Assembly (NCBI GenBank): GCA_963422365.1
Contig: OY729426.1
Location: 1,536,001-1,600,000 of the forward strand
Reading direction: 5' to 3'
Source of the DNA: Nitrospirales bacterium
GTDB lineage: Bacteria > Nitrospirota > Nitrospiria > Nitrospirales > UBA8639
DNA: 64,000 nucleotides
A model generated the notes under the pieces. It saw only the letters and a list, made by a program, of their open reading frames with translations, did not search any database and was not told the DNA's origin. Positions 23,814-35,442 of the stretch are shown here, piece by piece. Position numbers and translations under genes: made by a program. Position 1 is the stretch's first letter; each line of letters begins with the position of its first letter.

Positions 23814-24412
23814 TGGGTAAAAAAGAAGCTATAGACAAGCCCGGAACCAAGAGAGAGTCGGCACAGGACGGATCTCCTCCGCGTTTAAAAGATCTCTATC
23901 GAAATGAGGTTATCCCTAAGATGATGAAGGAATTTTCGTATTCCAATCCGATGCAAGTGCCACGTGTAGAGCGGGTCGTCCTGAATGTCGGCATGGGAGA
24001 AGCTATTCAAAACGTCAAACTGTTGGAGAGTGCCGTGGCTGAGTTGGCGTTAATCACCGGTCAGAAGCCTGTCGTGACCCGATCGAAAAAAGCCATCGCC
24101 GGCTTTAAAGTTCGGGAAGGCATGCCGATCGGCACCAAGGTCACGCTTCGCGGAAGCCGGATGTATGAGTTTCTTGATCGCTTGCTGAATATTGGCTTGC
24201 CTCGGATTCGAGACTTCCGAGGAGTGTCGCCCAAGGCGTTTGATGGTCGTGGTAACTATACGTTCGGGTTAAAAGAGCAGTTGACCTTTCCTGAAATTAA
24301 ATATGATGACGTGGCAGCGATTCACGGGATGGATATTACGATTGTGACGAGTGCTCAACGAAACGATGAAGCCCAATCCTTGTTGGCTCATTTGGGAATG
24401 CCGTTTCATTGA
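23813..24412 (+). CDS. rplE: 50S ribosomal protein L5 with about 20 aa N-terminal extension
   Basis: [28 protein letters not shown]. Confidence 0.97.
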   Translation: MGKKEAIDKPGTKRESAQDGSPPRLKDLYRNEVIPKMMKEFSYSNPMQVPRVERVVLNVGMGEAIQNVKLLESAVAELALITGQKPVVTRSKKAIAGFKVREGMPIGTKVTLRGSRMYEFLDRLLNIGLPRIRDFRGVSPKAFDGRGNYTFGLKEQLTFPEIKYDDVAAIHGMDITIVTSAQRNDEAQSLLAHLGMPFH

Positions 24413-24444
24413 TACGGTAACCCGCGATTGAGACGGAGGCCATT

Positions 24445-24630
24445 GTGTCAAGAAAAGCATTGCGGAATAAGGCGGCGGTGGAACCGAAGTTTCCCGTCCG
24501 GCACTATAATCGGTGCCCCCTCTGTGGTCGCGTGAGGGCCTTTTTACGACGCTTTCATATGTGCCGAATTTGTTTTCGGCTGCATAGTCTGCGCGGGAAT
24601 ATTCCTGGGGTCACCAAGTCAAGTTGGTAG
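24445..24630 (+). CDS. rpsN: 30S ribosomal protein S14, Zn-binding (type Z)
   Basis: RCPLCGR...MCRICFR...PGVTKSSW, 61 aa. Confidence 0.96.
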   Translation: MSRKALRNKAAVEPKFPVRHYNRCPLCGRVRAFLRRFHMCRICFRLHSLRGNIPGVTKSSW

Positions 24631-24667
24631 GCCAGATCTAGGCTATGAATGATGAGGATATGACGTT

Positions 24668-25072
24668 ATGGGTATGACGGATCCAATTGCTGATCTTTTT
24701 GTTCGCGTGATGAATGCCCTTGGACGGGGTCATGCGACGGTGAATGTTCCAGCCTCCAAGCTGAAAGCCAACGTGCTTTCTGTCTTTCAAGCCGAAGGCT
24801 TTATTCAAAATTTCTCATCCACGACACTCGATGGACACCCGGCTCTTCAGGTGGAATTGCGGTACATTCCAGGACGGGAAAAGAAACCCGTGATTGAGCG
24901 AATCAAGCGGGTCAGCAAGCCAGGGAAGCGGGTGTACGTGGGGGCCTCATCTATCCCTCGAGTGCGAGGTGGGTTGGGTGTTGCGGTGCTTTCGACATCG
25001 AAAGGGGTCATGACCGATCGGCAAGCCAGACAGAATAGCATCGGGGGAGAAGTATTGTGCCACGTGTGGTAG
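24668..25072 (+). CDS. rpsH: 30S ribosomal protein S8
   Basis: TDPIAD, SKPGKRVY, LSTSKGVMT. Confidence 0.97.
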   Translation: MGMTDPIADLFVRVMNALGRGHATVNVPASKLKANVLSVFQAEGFIQNFSSTTLDGHPALQVELRYIPGREKKPVIERIKRVSKPGKRVYVGASSIPRVRGGLGVAVLSTSKGVMTDRQARQNSIGGEVLCHVW

Positions 25073-25118
25073 AGCCTGGTCGAACCAGTTTAACCTCAAC
25101 AAGGAAGTCACGTCAACG

Positions 25119-25658
25119 ATGTCTAGGATCGGGATCAAACCAATTGCCATAGCCTCCACCGTCGAGGTGAAGGTTGAAGATCGGTCTGTCTCCGTGAAGG
25201 GACCCTTAGGCCAATTAGGGTGGAATCTTGCCGAAGGAATTGACGTCGAAATCAACGAGAGGACGGTCCATGTGGGAAGGCGTGGAAATTCTCCTCGTGT
25301 CAAAGCCTTACATGGGCTGACCCGCATGGAGCTATCGAATTTGGTTGAAGGAGTGACCAAGGGGTTTCAACGAACATTGGAATTGACGGGGGTAGGGTAT
25401 CGGGCGCAAGTGCAAGGTCAATCGCTGACCTTAAATGTGGGGTTTTCGCATCCTGTGATCTTGTCTGTTCCGCAAGGCGTAGAAGCCTCGGTCGAGAAAC
25501 AAACCATGATCTCCGTCAAAGGTATTGATAAGCGTCTGGTGACCCAGACCGCCGCCAATATTCGACGGGTGCGCCCGCCTGATGTCTATAAACAGAAGGG
25601 CATTAAGTATACTGGTGAAGTCTTAAGGAAGAAAGCCGGGAAGGCCGGCAAGAAATAG
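25119..25658 (+). CDS. rplF: 50S ribosomal protein L6
   Basis: MSRIG, GVGYRA, RPPDVYKQKGI. Confidence 0.97.
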   Translation: MSRIGIKPIAIASTVEVKVEDRSVSVKGPLGQLGWNLAEGIDVEINERTVHVGRRGNSPRVKALHGLTRMELSNLVEGVTKGFQRTLELTGVGYRAQVQGQSLTLNVGFSHPVILSVPQGVEASVEKQTMISVKGIDKRLVTQTAANIRRVRPPDVYKQKGIKYTGEVLRKKAGKAGKK

Positions 25659-25667
25659 CGTGCGAGT

Positions 25668-26033
25668 ATGAATCAAAAAACACAACGTCGCCAATTGGAA
25701 CGGCGAAAAGCGCGAGTCAGAAAAAAAGTTCAGGGAACACCCGTTCGGCCGAGGCTGACGGTGTTTCGAAGCAATGCGCATATTTATGCCCAAGTCATTG
25801 ATGATATCGCGGGTCTTACCTTGGCTGCGGCGTCCTCCAAAGACCTCAGTCTTCGCGAAACCGTGAAGTCTGGTTCTTCGAAGGCGGCGGCACAAGCCGT
25901 CGGGCAATTATTAGCCGAACGAGCAAAGGCCGGGAATGTGACCGATGTCGTGTTTGATCGGAATGGGCGATTGTATCATGGGCGTGTAAAAGCGTTAGCC
26001 GACGCGTCCCGTGAAGGGGGACTTGCCTTTTAA
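25668..26033 (+). CDS. rplR: 50S ribosomal protein L18
   Basis: [25 protein letters not shown]. Confidence 0.97.
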   Translation: MNQKTQRRQLERRKARVRKKVQGTPVRPRLTVFRSNAHIYAQVIDDIAGLTLAAASSKDLSLRETVKSGSSKAAAQAVGQLLAERAKAGNVTDVVFDRNGRLYHGRVKALADASREGGLAF

Positions 26034-26051
26034 CCAAGGGGATGACATTCG

Positions 26052-26546
26052 GTGCAAGTAAATCCAGAAGAATTGAACTTCAAAGATAAATTAATTTCTA
26101 TCAACCGAGTCGCGAAAGTCGTTAAAGGGGGGAAGCGATTTTCCTTTAGCGCGCTGGTCGTGGTCGGAGATGGGCGGGGATGGGTTGGCGTTGGCAAAGG
26201 AAAAGCGACTGAAGTGCCGCCGGCGATTGCCAAAGCCGTCGGGCGGGCCAAGAAGCAACTGCTCCAAGTTCCTTTGAAAAATGGCAGTATCCCGCATGAC
26301 GTGCATGGGCGCTTTTGCGGGGAACATGTGTACATGAAACCGGCGAAAGAAGGGACAGGGATCATCGCAGGAGGAGCAGTCCGTGCTATTTTAGAAATGC
26401 TGGGGGCCCATAATATTATTGCGAAAACATTAGGCCGTGGAAATCCCTATAATGTGGTGCAAGCCACATTGGCTGGATTGTCTCAACTCAAGGGCCCGGA
26501 AGAGTTCAAGCAGATCCGTCATGTCCCCAATGGGGCTTCACTCTAA
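26052..26546 (+). CDS. rpsE: 30S ribosomal protein S5
   Basis: RVAKVVKGGKRFSF, GTGIIAGG. Confidence 0.98.
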   Translation: MQVNPEELNFKDKLISINRVAKVVKGGKRFSFSALVVVGDGRGWVGVGKGKATEVPPAIAKAVGRAKKQLLQVPLKNGSIPHDVHGRFCGEHVYMKPAKEGTGIIAGGAVRAILEMLGAHNIIAKTLGRGNPYNVVQATLAGLSQLKGPEEFKQIRHVPNGASL

Positions 26547-26547
26547 C

Positions 26548-26763
26548 ATGTCGAGGAAAGGTGCCGTGCCTCAATCTCAACGCGAGGATCAGCTTTCCAT
26601 TACGCTGAAGCATAGTCCCGTTGGACGACCCTCTAGGCAACGGTTGTATTTGCAGGGTCTGGGTTTGCGAAGGCTCCATCAAACCGTGCAGCGTCCCAAG
26701 ACGCCGCAGGTATTAGGGTTGATTGAGAAGGTCAGGCATCTCGTTGAGGTCAACTACCCATGA
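26548..26763 (+). CDS. rpmD: 50S ribosomal protein L30
   Basis: ITLKHSPVG, LGLRRLHQTV, KVRHLV; lies between rpsE and rplO. Confidence 0.92.
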   Translation: MSRKGAVPQSQREDQLSITLKHSPVGRPSRQRLYLQGLGLRRLHQTVQRPKTPQVLGLIEKVRHLVEVNYP

Positions 26764-27209
26764 AACTTCATCAGTTGCAGCCCGCACCGGGTTCCAAGAA
26801 ATCGAGAAAACGTTTAGGGCGAGGTCCAGGTTCAGGGTTGGGCAAAACGGCAGGCAAGGGGCATAAAGGAATGCTCGCTCGGTCTGGAAGGGCGAATGTC
26901 GATGGTTTTGAAGGTGGACAAATGCCCCTCGCCAGACGGTTGCCCAAACGAGGATTTCATAATCCTTTTCGTACCGAATTTGCCGTGGTCAATCTCAAAA
27001 CACTTTCCGTCCTTGATCAGGTCACTCACGTGACCCCTCGAGTCTTATATGAGAAAAGGATTGTCAGAAAGCAGTCAAGACCTATAAAAATTCTTGGTGT
27101 AGGAGATCTGGATAAGCCCATGACGATCGAAGCGCATACATTCAGTCAGTCGGCTCTTCGGAAAATCGAACAAGCTGGCGGACAAGCCAAGGTCATCGGC
27201 CGTGCTTGA
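26760..27209 (+). CDS. rplO: 50S ribosomal protein L15
   Basis: [26 protein letters not shown]. Confidence 0.98.
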   Translation: MKLHQLQPAPGSKKSRKRLGRGPGSGLGKTAGKGHKGMLARSGRANVDGFEGGQMPLARRLPKRGFHNPFRTEFAVVNLKTLSVLDQVTHVTPRVLYEKRIVRKQSRPIKILGVGDLDKPMTIEAHTFSQSALRKIEQAGGQAKVIGRA

Positions 27210-28515
27210 ACGGCTCATTACGAGCTTCCAGAACATCCTCAAAATTCCGGAGTTACGTAGCCGTGTCATTTTTACGGTGGCCATGTTGGCGGTGTACCGG
27301 ATTGGGGCTCATATCCCGACTCCGGGGATTAACAATGATGAGCTGGCGGCATTCTTATTAGATCGAGGCGGAGCCCTCCTCGGGTTTCTGGACATTTTCT
27401 CTGGCGGGTCGCTATCACGGTTAACGATTTTTGCTCTGGGCATTATGCCCTATATCAGTGCTTCGATTATTCTCCAATTATTAACCGTTGTTATTCCGCA
27501 TTTATCGAAGCTCGCCAAGGAGGGTGAACGAGGAAGAAAGACCATCATTCAATATACCCGGTACGGCACCATTGGGATCGCCCTTATTCAGGGGTTTGGG
27601 ATTGCTCTCGGACTTGAAGGTATGAATGGGGGTCAATATGTGTTGGAGCCAGGCTGGCCGTTCCGACTCATGACTGTCATTACGCTGACCGCGGGAACTG
27701 CGTTCCTCATGTGGTTGGGTGAACAAATTACCGAGCGTGGAGTGGGGAACGGAATCTCGCTTATTATTTTCGCCGGAATTGTCGCACGGCTTCCAAGCGC
27801 GGTTGCACAAACCTTTGAAATGTACCGAGTTGGGGAGTTGAGCCTTCTCTTCCTCATCCTGTTAGGCGTAGTCATGATGGCTGTGGTCACGGCCATTGTG
27901 TTCTTGGAAAGCGGGAGACGAAGGGTTCCGGTTCAATATGCTAAACGGGTGGTCGGCCGTAAGATGTATGGAGGGCAAAGTACTCATATTCCATTGAAAA
28001 TTAATACGGCGGGGGTGATTCCGCCAATTTTTGCGTCTTCAATTATTGCGTTCCCTGCCACTATTACCTCCTTTATCCAGGTACCTTGGGTCCAAGCGTT
28101 AGGGGCGCACTTAGCTCCTGGGTCAGTCGTCTATACGTTGTTATATGTGGGTCTTATTATTTTCTTCTGTTTTTTCTATACGGCGGTCGTGTTGAATCCG
28201 GTCGATATGTCGGACAACATGAAGAAATATGGAGGGTTTATTCCTGGCATTCGGCCAGGCCAGCGAACGGCGGATTATATTTACAGAGTCCTCACTCGTA
28301 TCACGTTCGCCGGCGCTCTTTACCTGGCTGTTGTCTGTGTGATTCCGGAATTATTGATTTATAAATTGAACGTTCCCTTTTATTTTGGTGGGACGTCGCT
28401 GCTGATTGTCGTGGGTGTAGGGTTGGATACCGCCCAGCAAATCGAGTCTCATATGCTGATGCGGAATTATGAAGGATTCTTGGCCAAGGGGCGTTTAAAA
28501 GGCCGGAGCGGATAG
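27202..28515 (+). CDS. secY: Preprotein translocase subunit SecY
   Basis: [26 protein letters not shown], multiple TM helices. Confidence 0.99.
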   Translation: MLERLITSFQNILKIPELRSRVIFTVAMLAVYRIGAHIPTPGINNDELAAFLLDRGGALLGFLDIFSGGSLSRLTIFALGIMPYISASIILQLLTVVIPHLSKLAKEGERGRKTIIQYTRYGTIGIALIQGFGIALGLEGMNGGQYVLEPGWPFRLMTVITLTAGTAFLMWLGEQITERGVGNGISLIIFAGIVARLPSAVAQTFEMYRVGELSLLFLILLGVVMMAVVTAIVFLESGRRRVPVQYAKRVVGRKMYGGQSTHIPLKINTAGVIPPIFASSIIAFPATITSFIQVPWVQALGAHLAPGSVVYTLLYVGLIIFFCFFYTAVVLNPVDMSDNMKKYGGFIPGIRPGQRTADYIYRVLTRITFAGALYLAVVCVIPELLIYKLNVPFYFGGTSLLIVVGVGLDTAQQIESHMLMRNYEGFLAKGRLKGRSG

Positions 28516-28521
28516 CAAGAC

Positions 28522-29169
28522 ATGCGATTGGTTTTTCTTGGTGCGCCTGGGGTGGGCAAGGGCACACAAGCGGAAATGGTGTCAGCCCAACTTGCGATTC
28601 CCAAAATTTCGACGGGAGATTTATTACGAACGGGTGTGGCCCACAAGACGTCGTTGGGCCTTGAAGCACAGCGCTATATGGCGCGAGGGGATCTCGTGCC
28701 CGACAATGTGGTGATCGGTCTCGTAGCGGAAAAAGTCGGTTCTGTAGAATGCGAAAAAGGATTTATTCTTGATGGATTTCCACGAACCATTCTTCAAGCG
28801 GATGCTTTGTCGGGAATTCTTCAGAAGCAGGATGTGGTTCTGGACCGAGTCATTTATTTCATGATCCCCCACGAGGAAGTGGTCAAGCGATTGAGCGGAC
28901 GAAGAAGTTGTTCGATGTGTTCGGCGGTGTATCATGTTGATTACGTTCCGTCTAAGCAAGAGGGGCGCTGTGATGAGTGCGGGGCGGCCCTTGTTCAACG
29001 CAGCGACGACAAACAAGAAACGGTGGAATCACGGCTCACGGTGTATGAAGCGCAAACGTCTCCATTGATTGCCTATTATAAAGAGAAACATGTGTTGGCT
29101 GAATTAGATGGCACGGGCTCCATAGAAGACGTACGGGTGCGGTTACTCGCTTTGTTGTCTAGGTCGTAG
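28522..29169 (+). CDS. adk: Adenylate kinase (Zn-lid type)
   Basis: GAPGVGKGT, LDGFPRT, CxxC...CxxC in the lid. Confidence 0.97.
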   Translation: MRLVFLGAPGVGKGTQAEMVSAQLAIPKISTGDLLRTGVAHKTSLGLEAQRYMARGDLVPDNVVIGLVAEKVGSVECEKGFILDGFPRTILQADALSGILQKQDVVLDRVIYFMIPHEEVVKRLSGRRSCSMCSAVYHVDYVPSKQEGRCDECGAALVQRSDDKQETVESRLTVYEAQTSPLIAYYKEKHVLAELDGTGSIEDVRVRLLALLSRS

Positions 29170-29175
29170 CCTTTC

Positions 29176-29946
29176 ATGATAATGCTCAAGACTGAAGAAG
29201 AAATTGCGCTGATGGCACAAGCTTCGAAGATTGTGGCCGAAGCGCATCAGGCGCTCCAACAAGAGGTCAGGCCCGGGGTCACCACGTTGTATCTGGACGA
29301 ACTCGCTGAAACGTTTATTCGTGACCATGGGGGAATTCCAGCCTTTAAAGGGTATCGCAATTTCCCCAATACCTTGTGCGCCTCGGTGAATCATGAAGTG
29401 GTGCATGGCATTCCCTCCAACCGGGAACTGAAAGAGGGAGACGTTGTCGGGCTTGACTTGGGGGCGATTGTTCAGGGATTTTATGGCGATGGGGCCGTCA
29501 CGGTACCCGTTGGACCCATTTCAGCCCACGCTGAAATCTTGCTCAAGGTGACGGAAGAAGCGATGCATAAGGGGATTGATCAAGCACGGGTGGGGAACCG
29601 GTTGTCCGATATTGGCCATACGATCCAATGCCATGTGGAAGCGCAGGGGTTTTCTGTTGTGAGAGATTTTGTGGGACATGGGATTGGTCGGCAACTCCAT
29701 GAACAACCTCAGGTTCCTAACTATGGTCGTCCTGGGCAAGGCTCACGCCTTCAGTTTGGGATGGTGCTGGCCATTGAGCCCATGGTGAACGTTGGTGGGC
29801 CTCAGGTGAACGTGTTAGACGATCAATGGACTGCCGTCACGAGAGATGGCAGCCTGTCGGCGCATTTTGAACATACCGTGGCGATAGAACCCGAAGGGCC
29901 ACCCACAATTCTGACGATGGTAAAGGAGCGGGTTGGCGTCAATTGA
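29176..29946 (+). CDS. map: Methionine aminopeptidase type I
   Basis: VVHGIP, GHGIG..LHE, AIEPM, SAHFEHT. Confidence 0.97.
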   Translation: MIMLKTEEEIALMAQASKIVAEAHQALQQEVRPGVTTLYLDELAETFIRDHGGIPAFKGYRNFPNTLCASVNHEVVHGIPSNRELKEGDVVGLDLGAIVQGFYGDGAVTVPVGPISAHAEILLKVTEEAMHKGIDQARVGNRLSDIGHTIQCHVEAQGFSVVRDFVGHGIGRQLHEQPQVPNYGRPGQGSRLQFGMVLAIEPMVNVGGPQVNVLDDQWTAVTRDGSLSAHFEHTVAIEPEGPPTILTMVKERVGVN

Positions 29947-29966
29947 TATCGACGCGGTTTAGGCTG

Positions 29967-30185
29967 ATGGCAAAAGAAGATATGATTGAAGTCCAAGGGG
30001 TGATCATGGAAACGTTACCCAATGCCATGTTCCGAGTTACATTAGAGAGTGGACATAAAATTTTGGCCCATATTTCAGGGAAGATGCGGATGCATTTTAT
30101 TCGTATTCTCCCGGGCGATAGAGTGACCGTGGAGTTGTCTCCTTATGATCTCACAAGGGGACGGATAACCTATCGATTCAAATAG
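29967..30185 (+). CDS. infA: Translation initiation factor IF-1
   Basis: [26 protein letters not shown]. Confidence 0.98.
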   Translation: MAKEDMIEVQGVIMETLPNAMFRVTLESGHKILAHISGKMRMHFIRILPGDRVTVELSPYDLTRGRITYRFK

Positions 30186-30204
30186 TCAGGAGAGGGATGC
30201 TCTC

Positions 30205-30318
30205 ATGAAAGTCAAATCGTCCGTCAAACCCATATGTTCAAAATGTGTTGTGTTTAGACGACGAGGAATTGTTCGGGTCCGATGTAGTAATCCTCGTCAC
30301 AAGCAGCGACAAGGATAA
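30205..30318 (+). CDS. rpmJ: 50S ribosomal protein L36 (Zn-binding type), 37 aa
   Basis: Translated by hand: [37 protein letters not shown]. Confidence 0.96.
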   Translation: MKVKSSVKPICSKCVVFRRRGIVRVRCSNPRHKQRQG

Positions 30319-30384
30319 TGGCGTAAAGGGGAACGGCGTCAACGAGTTTTAACCGAAAGCGCATCACGTGAAAAAGGAGGGGCC

Positions 30385-30753
30385 ATGGCTCGGATAGCAG
30401 GCGTTGATCTGCCTGTGGGGAAACGCATTGAGATTGGCTTGACCTATATTTATGGGATCGGGCCGTGGAGTGCGAGGCAGATTTTACGAAAAACCGGCAT
30501 TGATTGTGCCGTGTGCGTCAAAGATCTTCGTGAGGAAGACATTGTCAAACTTCGTGAAGCGATAGATAAAGACTCTACCGTGGAGGGGGATCTCCGAAAA
30601 GAGGTCACTCTCAGTATTCAACGCCTGATCGATACAGGGTCGTACCGAGGCCTTCGTCATCGAAGAGGGCTTCCCGTTCGTGGACAACGGACCAAAACCA
30701 ATTCACGAACCCGAAAAGGGAAACGGGCTTCGATTGGCAGGAGCAAAAAATAA
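30385..30753 (+). CDS. rpsM: 30S ribosomal protein S13
   Basis: [26 protein letters not shown]. Confidence 0.98.
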   Translation: MARIAGVDLPVGKRIEIGLTYIYGIGPWSARQILRKTGIDCAVCVKDLREEDIVKLREAIDKDSTVEGDLRKEVTLSIQRLIDTGSYRGLRHRRGLPVRGQRTKTNSRTRKGKRASIGRSKK

Positions 30754-30773
30754 CAAGCCATTCAGGGGACAGC

Positions 30774-31157
30774 ATGAGCGTAAAAAAGGGTCGAAAAAAA
30801 GAGAAAAAGGTCGTGCAAATGGGGATTGCCCATATTCAAGCGTCTTTTAATAACACGCTTGTGACCATTACGGATATGAGTGGCAATACGGTCTCTTGGT
30901 CGAATGCAGGAGGCTTAGGATTCAAAGGGGCCAGAAAAAGTACGCCTTTTGCGGCGACACGTGTGGGGGAGGCGGCGGGACGCAAAGCCATGGAACAAGG
31001 CATGCGCCAAATTGACGTCTATGTCAACGGGCCTGGGTCGGGACGTGAGTCGGCTGTACGAGCGCTACAATCCGTCGGCTTACGGGTGAATTTGATTCGT
31101 GATGTGACCCCTATTCCCCATAATGGATGTCGACCGCCGAAAAGACGACGGGTGTAA
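30774..31157 (+). CDS. rpsK: 30S ribosomal protein S11
   Basis: [23 protein letters not shown]. Confidence 0.98.
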   Translation: MSVKKGRKKEKKVVQMGIAHIQASFNNTLVTITDMSGNTVSWSNAGGLGFKGARKSTPFAATRVGEAAGRKAMEQGMRQIDVYVNGPGSGRESAVRALQSVGLRVNLIRDVTPIPHNGCRPPKRRRV

Positions 31158-31236
31158 GCGGCGATTCATTAAACCTTCAGATGTTGGGAAAACATCAACT
31201 CAGGGTCTGGAGTCTTGCAAGTGAGAGGCTAAAGAC

Positions 31237-31863
31237 GTGGCAAATTATCGTGGGCCAGTATGTAGGATTTGTCGAAGGGAGGGAGTCAAACTGTTCCTGA
31301 AAGGAACACGTTGTATGACCGACAAATGTGCGATTGAACGTCGCAGTTATCCTCCCGGTCAACATGGGCAATCTCGACCTCGTGTGACGGACTATAGTAT
31401 GCAGCTTCGTGAAAAGCAGAAATTGCGTCGGATGTATGTCATTCAAGAGCGTCAGTTTCGGGGAATTTTTGAGCGTGCTGAACGTCAAAAGGGCGTGACG
31501 GGCGAAAATCTTTTGGCTCTGCTTGAGCGACGATTAGATAATGTCGTCTACCGGATTGGATTGGCTTTTTCACGCAAGCAAGCTCGCCAATTCGTGAATC
31601 ATGGACATATTTTGGTCAATGGCAGAAAAACCGATGTTCCCTCTTATACGACGGCTGTTGGGGACGTGATTCAGGTGAGACCACGGAGCCTGGAGTTGCT
31701 CGCAATTAAAGCGGCTGCACAGGTCGCCGATAGCCAGCCAGGGGTGAGCTGGATCGACTGTGACCGGGATGCATTGAAAGGGACGATTCAGGCACTGCCG
31801 ACAAAGGATGATATTGGGGCCCCGGTCAATGAACAGATTATTGTGGAATTATATTCTCGCTAA
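31237..31863 (+). CDS. rpsD: 30S ribosomal protein S4
   Basis: [24 protein letters not shown]; four N-terminal Cys. Confidence 0.98.
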   Translation: MANYRGPVCRICRREGVKLFLKGTRCMTDKCAIERRSYPPGQHGQSRPRVTDYSMQLREKQKLRRMYVIQERQFRGIFERAERQKGVTGENLLALLERRLDNVVYRIGLAFSRKQARQFVNHGHILVNGRKTDVPSYTTAVGDVIQVRPRSLELLAIKAAAQVADSQPGVSWIDCDRDALKGTIQALPTKDDIGAPVNEQIIVELYSR

Positions 31864-31937
31864 AAGTGGAACAATTTGGCCATCATGCGTTGTGGCCAAT
31901 GTTTAGGCTGTGCCGGATCGAGGTGAAAGGGGGCGTA

Positions 31938-32933
31938 ATGATCAAAGGGATAAAGGATTTTCAGTTGCCTATGCGACTGGAGTTGGAAAAAGAAACAGCC
32001 TCGCCCATCTATGGGAAGTTTACGGCAGAGCCATTTGAACGTGGGTTTGGGACAACAGTCGGCAACGCGCTGCGACGCGTGTTGTTGTCCTCGTTAACTG
32101 GTGCAGCCGTAACCTCCGTCAAAATAGAAGGTGCGTTTCATGAATTTTCCACACTCCCTGGCGTCACGGAAGACGTGACCATTATCATTTTGAACGTCAA
32201 AAATCTGCGTCTGAAACTCCATACCGATAAATCGAAAGCGATGCGGTTGAAGAAAAAAGGGCCGAGCGAAGCTCGTGCTGCCGATATTCAGCATGATGCG
32301 GATGTGACGATTTTAAATCCTGAATTGCATATTGCGACATTAGACAAAGATGGTGTGATTGATATAGAGTTCATTGTGAAGCCGGGACGAGGGTATGTTC
32401 CGGCTGAACGGAATAAAGAAGAAGGGTTGCCCATTGGAGTTATTCCGGTCGATTCGGTTTTTTCCCCAATTAAACGGGTGAACTTTCATGTGGAAAACGC
32501 CCGTGTGGGACGTGTGACGGATTATGATAAATTGAATCTTGAGGTTTGGACCGACGGAAGCATGACTCCGCAAGAGGCGGTTTCCTCATCGGCCTTTATT
32601 CTTCGAGAACATTTGTCCATTTGCATGCCCGGTGAAGAAATGAAAGAAGTGGAACATGGTCCCGCTCACGAAGAAACGCAAGCCGAATTGCATAAACATC
32701 TGGCGCGAAGTGTGAATGAGTTGGAACTTTCCGTGCGTGCGGCGAATTGTCTCAAAAATGCGAATATCAAAACCATTGAAGACCTTGTGCAGAAAACAGA
32801 AATGGAGATGCTGAAAACGAAAAATTTTGGAAAAAAATCTCTCAATGAAATCAAAGAAGTTTTAACCGAAATGGGGTTGAACTTAGGTCTCAGAAGAGAG
32901 AGTCTGGTGCAGACCAACAACCAATCGCATTAA
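31938..32933 (+). CDS. rpoA: RNA polymerase alpha subunit
   Basis: [32 protein letters not shown]. Confidence 0.98.
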   Translation: MIKGIKDFQLPMRLELEKETASPIYGKFTAEPFERGFGTTVGNALRRVLLSSLTGAAVTSVKIEGAFHEFSTLPGVTEDVTIIILNVKNLRLKLHTDKSKAMRLKKKGPSEARAADIQHDADVTILNPELHIATLDKDGVIDIEFIVKPGRGYVPAERNKEEGLPIGVIPVDSVFSPIKRVNFHVENARVGRVTDYDKLNLEVWTDGSMTPQEAVSSSAFILREHLSICMPGEEMKEVEHGPAHEETQAELHKHLARSVNELELSVRAANCLKNANIKTIEDLVQKTEMEMLKTKNFGKKSLNEIKEVLTEMGLNLGLRRESLVQTNNQSH

Positions 32934-32956
32934 CATTTTAGGAAGAGAGCCGTATT

Positions 32957-33373
32957 GTGCGTCATCGAAAAAAAGGCAGACAGTTAGGGCGAAATACCAA
33001 ACATCGACACGCGATGTTTAGAAACCTTGTGACCGCGTTACTGGAACACGAACGTATCGAGACCACAGAGGCAAAAGCCAAAGAGATCCGCGGCATCACT
33101 GAACAAATGATTACCTTGGGAAAAGATGGCTCTCTTCATGCTCGACGGCGCGCCTTAGATTTTGTTCGGAAAAAAGACGTCGTGTCCAAATTGTTCGGCG
33201 ATGTTGCAGGACGATTTCGTAGCCAGCCCGGGGGCTATATTCGGATCATTCCCACGAGACGCCGACCTGGGGATGCTGCAGAATTGGTGGCTATCGAGTT
33301 GATCGAGCGTGGGCCGGTGGTTGCCTCTGATCTTTCTGAACCCGTGGCTGAAGAGACTCAGAAGGCCTCATAA
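32957..33373 (+). CDS. rplQ: 50S ribosomal protein L17
   Basis: MRHRK.GRQLGR, IETTEAKAKE, GGYIRI. Confidence 0.97.
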   Translation: MRHRKKGRQLGRNTKHRHAMFRNLVTALLEHERIETTEAKAKEIRGITEQMITLGKDGSLHARRRALDFVRKKDVVSKLFGDVAGRFRSQPGGYIRIIPTRRRPGDAAELVAIELIERGPVVASDLSEPVAEETQKAS

Positions 33374-33506
33374 TCTTCTCGCGATTCTCTCCTTTCCGTC
33401 CGTCTAGCCTTGGAAGATTTCCATGACTTGCCGTCCTGCTCCCCATCCGTTGCTCTCAGTCGTAGGCGAACCTTGTTTCAGGAATCTCTTCTCTGCAACC
33501 GTTTAG

Positions 33507-33535
33507 TTTACTTGGTTTGTGGCGTATGGTATTCT
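33507..33535 (+). promoter_or_regulatory. Candidate sigma70 promoter for lptCAB-rpoN
   Basis: TTTACT-17 nt-TATTCT with TGn extended -10. Confidence 0.5.
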
Positions 33536-33542
33536 GTGACAA

Positions 33543-34151
33543 GTGTCTCCCAAGCCGTTCACGTACGCACGTATATCTCACTTATGGATTCGATGGGTTT
33601 TGCGAGGCATGACCCTTGGTCTTGCCGGGTTTCTCGGGTACGTCCTGATTCAGCAAGTGCAGTCCAATCATCCCCTTCCGGTGATGATAGCGCCAGTCTT
33701 TGAAACAACCGATGCCGACATAGAAGGTTTTATCTATCGTCAAACTGAGGAAGGGCAAGTCCAGTGGGAGGTGGAAGCGCAAAAAGCCGAAGTCTATGAA
33801 TCCGAGCAGCACTTGCGGCTTCAACAGGTTCAAGTTCGGTTGTTTAACCGGTACGGTCACGAGCAAGAGATGAAGCTAGAGGCTGAAGAAGGAACGATTA
33901 ATACAGCCAACGGCAATTTTTCTCTTCGAAATCAGGAAGAATTGATCGCGATTGAATTGGCAAATGGGTATACGATCCTTACCCCGCATCTTCACTGGGC
34001 TGATAAGGAGCAGACAATCAGTACGAATAGACCGGTGATCATCCACGGGCATGGACTAACCATTAGGGGTATTGGGTTAATCGCAGAGTTGAAAACAGAA
34101 AAGTTGGGAGTCCTTGATGATGTGCACGTTCAGATTACGTCCTCAATATAA
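33543..34151 (+). CDS. lptC: LPS export protein LptC-like (start uncertain)
   Basis: One N-terminal TM helix plus beta-rich domain (WEVEAQKA, L.W); upstream of lptA/lptB. Confidence 0.8.
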   Translation: MSPKPFTYARISHLWIRWVLRGMTLGLAGFLGYVLIQQVQSNHPLPVMIAPVFETTDADIEGFIYRQTEEGQVQWEVEAQKAEVYESEQHLRLQQVQVRLFNRYGHEQEMKLEAEEGTINTANGNFSLRNQEELIAIELANGYTILTPHLHWADKEQTISTNRPVIIHGHGLTIRGIGLIAELKTEKLGVLDDVHVQITSSI

Positions 34152-34641
34152 CCATCCAATTCCTCTCGCGCTTCTGCTTTGTGGTCTTGTCTGGGTGCAG
34201 ACACTACCGTTCGGTTTTGCTGAAGAAAGAGAGCAAACGACGATTACTTCACAGATGATGACCTTCCAAGGAAAATCCAGCCAGACGATCTTTGAAGGCA
34301 TGGTGGTCCTCGAAAAAGGGGACCTCGTCATGCGATCCGATCATATGATTGTGACGTTTAAAAAAGGCGCACCAGAGGGAAACCAGGAAACGAAAGGAGA
34401 GAGCCCGCATCAGATTGACCACATTGAGGCCAGCGGAAAAGTGGTCATTGAGAAATCAGATGGGAAGGCGACGTGCGGACGCGCGTTCTATTATAAAGAT
34501 GAAGAAAAACTCGTCCTGACTGAGTCGCCGGTGGCCTGGCAAGTTGGGATAAAGGTTGAAGGATCCCAAATGACCATGTTTTTAAAGGAAGATCGAAGCA
34601 TCGTCGAAGGGGGATCCCATGTGCTTATTCTCGAAGAGTAG
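34117..34641 (+). CDS. lptA: LPS transport periplasmic protein LptA (OstA family)
   Basis: Signal peptide; TITS..M, FEG.V, IEASGKVVI, LVLTESP; synteny. Confidence 0.85.
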   Translation: MMCTFRLRPQYNHPIPLALLLCGLVWVQTLPFGFAEEREQTTITSQMMTFQGKSSQTIFEGMVVLEKGDLVMRSDHMIVTFKKGAPEGNQETKGESPHQIDHIEASGKVVIEKSDGKATCGRAFYYKDEEKLVLTESPVAWQVGIKVEGSQMTMFLKEDRSIVEGGSHVLILEE

Positions 34642-34655
34642 GGACCGTACGGCTG

Positions 34656-35414
34656 TTGACCATCGTTGAGCAGTTACAGCCTGTCATGGGGCATTCTCGG
34701 CTTTCTGTCAAGGAACTGCGCAAAAGTTTCAAAGGACGGGATGCCGTTCGTGGCGTCTCGTTAGAAGTTGAATCAGGAGAAATTGTCGGGTTATTGGGGC
34801 CGAATGGAGCAGGAAAAACGACAATTTTCGACATGGTGGTTGGCCTTTGCCAGCCCGATCATGGACAGATTCTCTTAAATCAAGATCCGATCACGGCCTT
34901 GCCGATGTACCAGAGGGCTCGCCGCGGGATTGGGTATCTCCCTCAAGAAGCCTCTGTTTTTCGTCGATTGTCCGTTCAAGATAATATTTGTGCTGTTTTA
35001 GAAACCCTGGACCTTTCTCAGGCTGAGCGGCATGAACGCCTGGAGCGCTTATTGAATGAGCTCAGGTTAGCCAATCTTCGAAAAAGCAAAGCCTTCACCC
35101 TTTCCGGCGGAGAGCGTCGTCGGTTAGAAATCACGAGGGCCCTAGCCACGACCCCTCAATTTTTGTTGTTAGATGAACCATTTGCCAGCATTGATCCCAT
35201 TGCGGTTGTCGACCTTCAAAAAATCATTCACTCTTTGAAAAGAAAAAACATCGGGATTCTCACGACGGATCATAACGTGCAAGAAACGCTTTCCATAACC
35301 GATCGGGCGTATATCATTAATGAAGGAACGATTCTGGCGTCAGGGACTTCGGAAACTATTGTCAGGAGCCCCAAAGTCAGAGAGATCTATTTAGGCGAAC
35401 GCTTTAAACTCTGA
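34656..35414 (+). CDS. lptB: LPS export ABC ATPase LptB
   Basis: GPNGAGKTT, GYLPQEASVFRRL, LSGGERRRLEI, YLGE.FKL. Confidence 0.96.
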   Translation: MTIVEQLQPVMGHSRLSVKELRKSFKGRDAVRGVSLEVESGEIVGLLGPNGAGKTTIFDMVVGLCQPDHGQILLNQDPITALPMYQRARRGIGYLPQEASVFRRLSVQDNICAVLETLDLSQAERHERLERLLNELRLANLRKSKAFTLSGGERRRLEITRALATTPQFLLLDEPFASIDPIAVVDLQKIIHSLKRKNIGILTTDHNVQETLSITDRAYIINEGTILASGTSETIVRSPKVREIYLGERFKL

Positions 35415-35442
35415 ACATTTCAGCCTGGCCTGGCCGACCGTG

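Noticed and set aside
466..33373. Many minus-strand and alternate-frame ORFs across the ribosomal/RNAP cluster
   Set aside because: Shadow ORFs of conserved genes, with no recognisable motifs.
33410..33703. 97-aa ORF between rplQ and lptC
   Set aside because: TTG start, no motif, and it overlaps the likely promoter and lptC in another frame.
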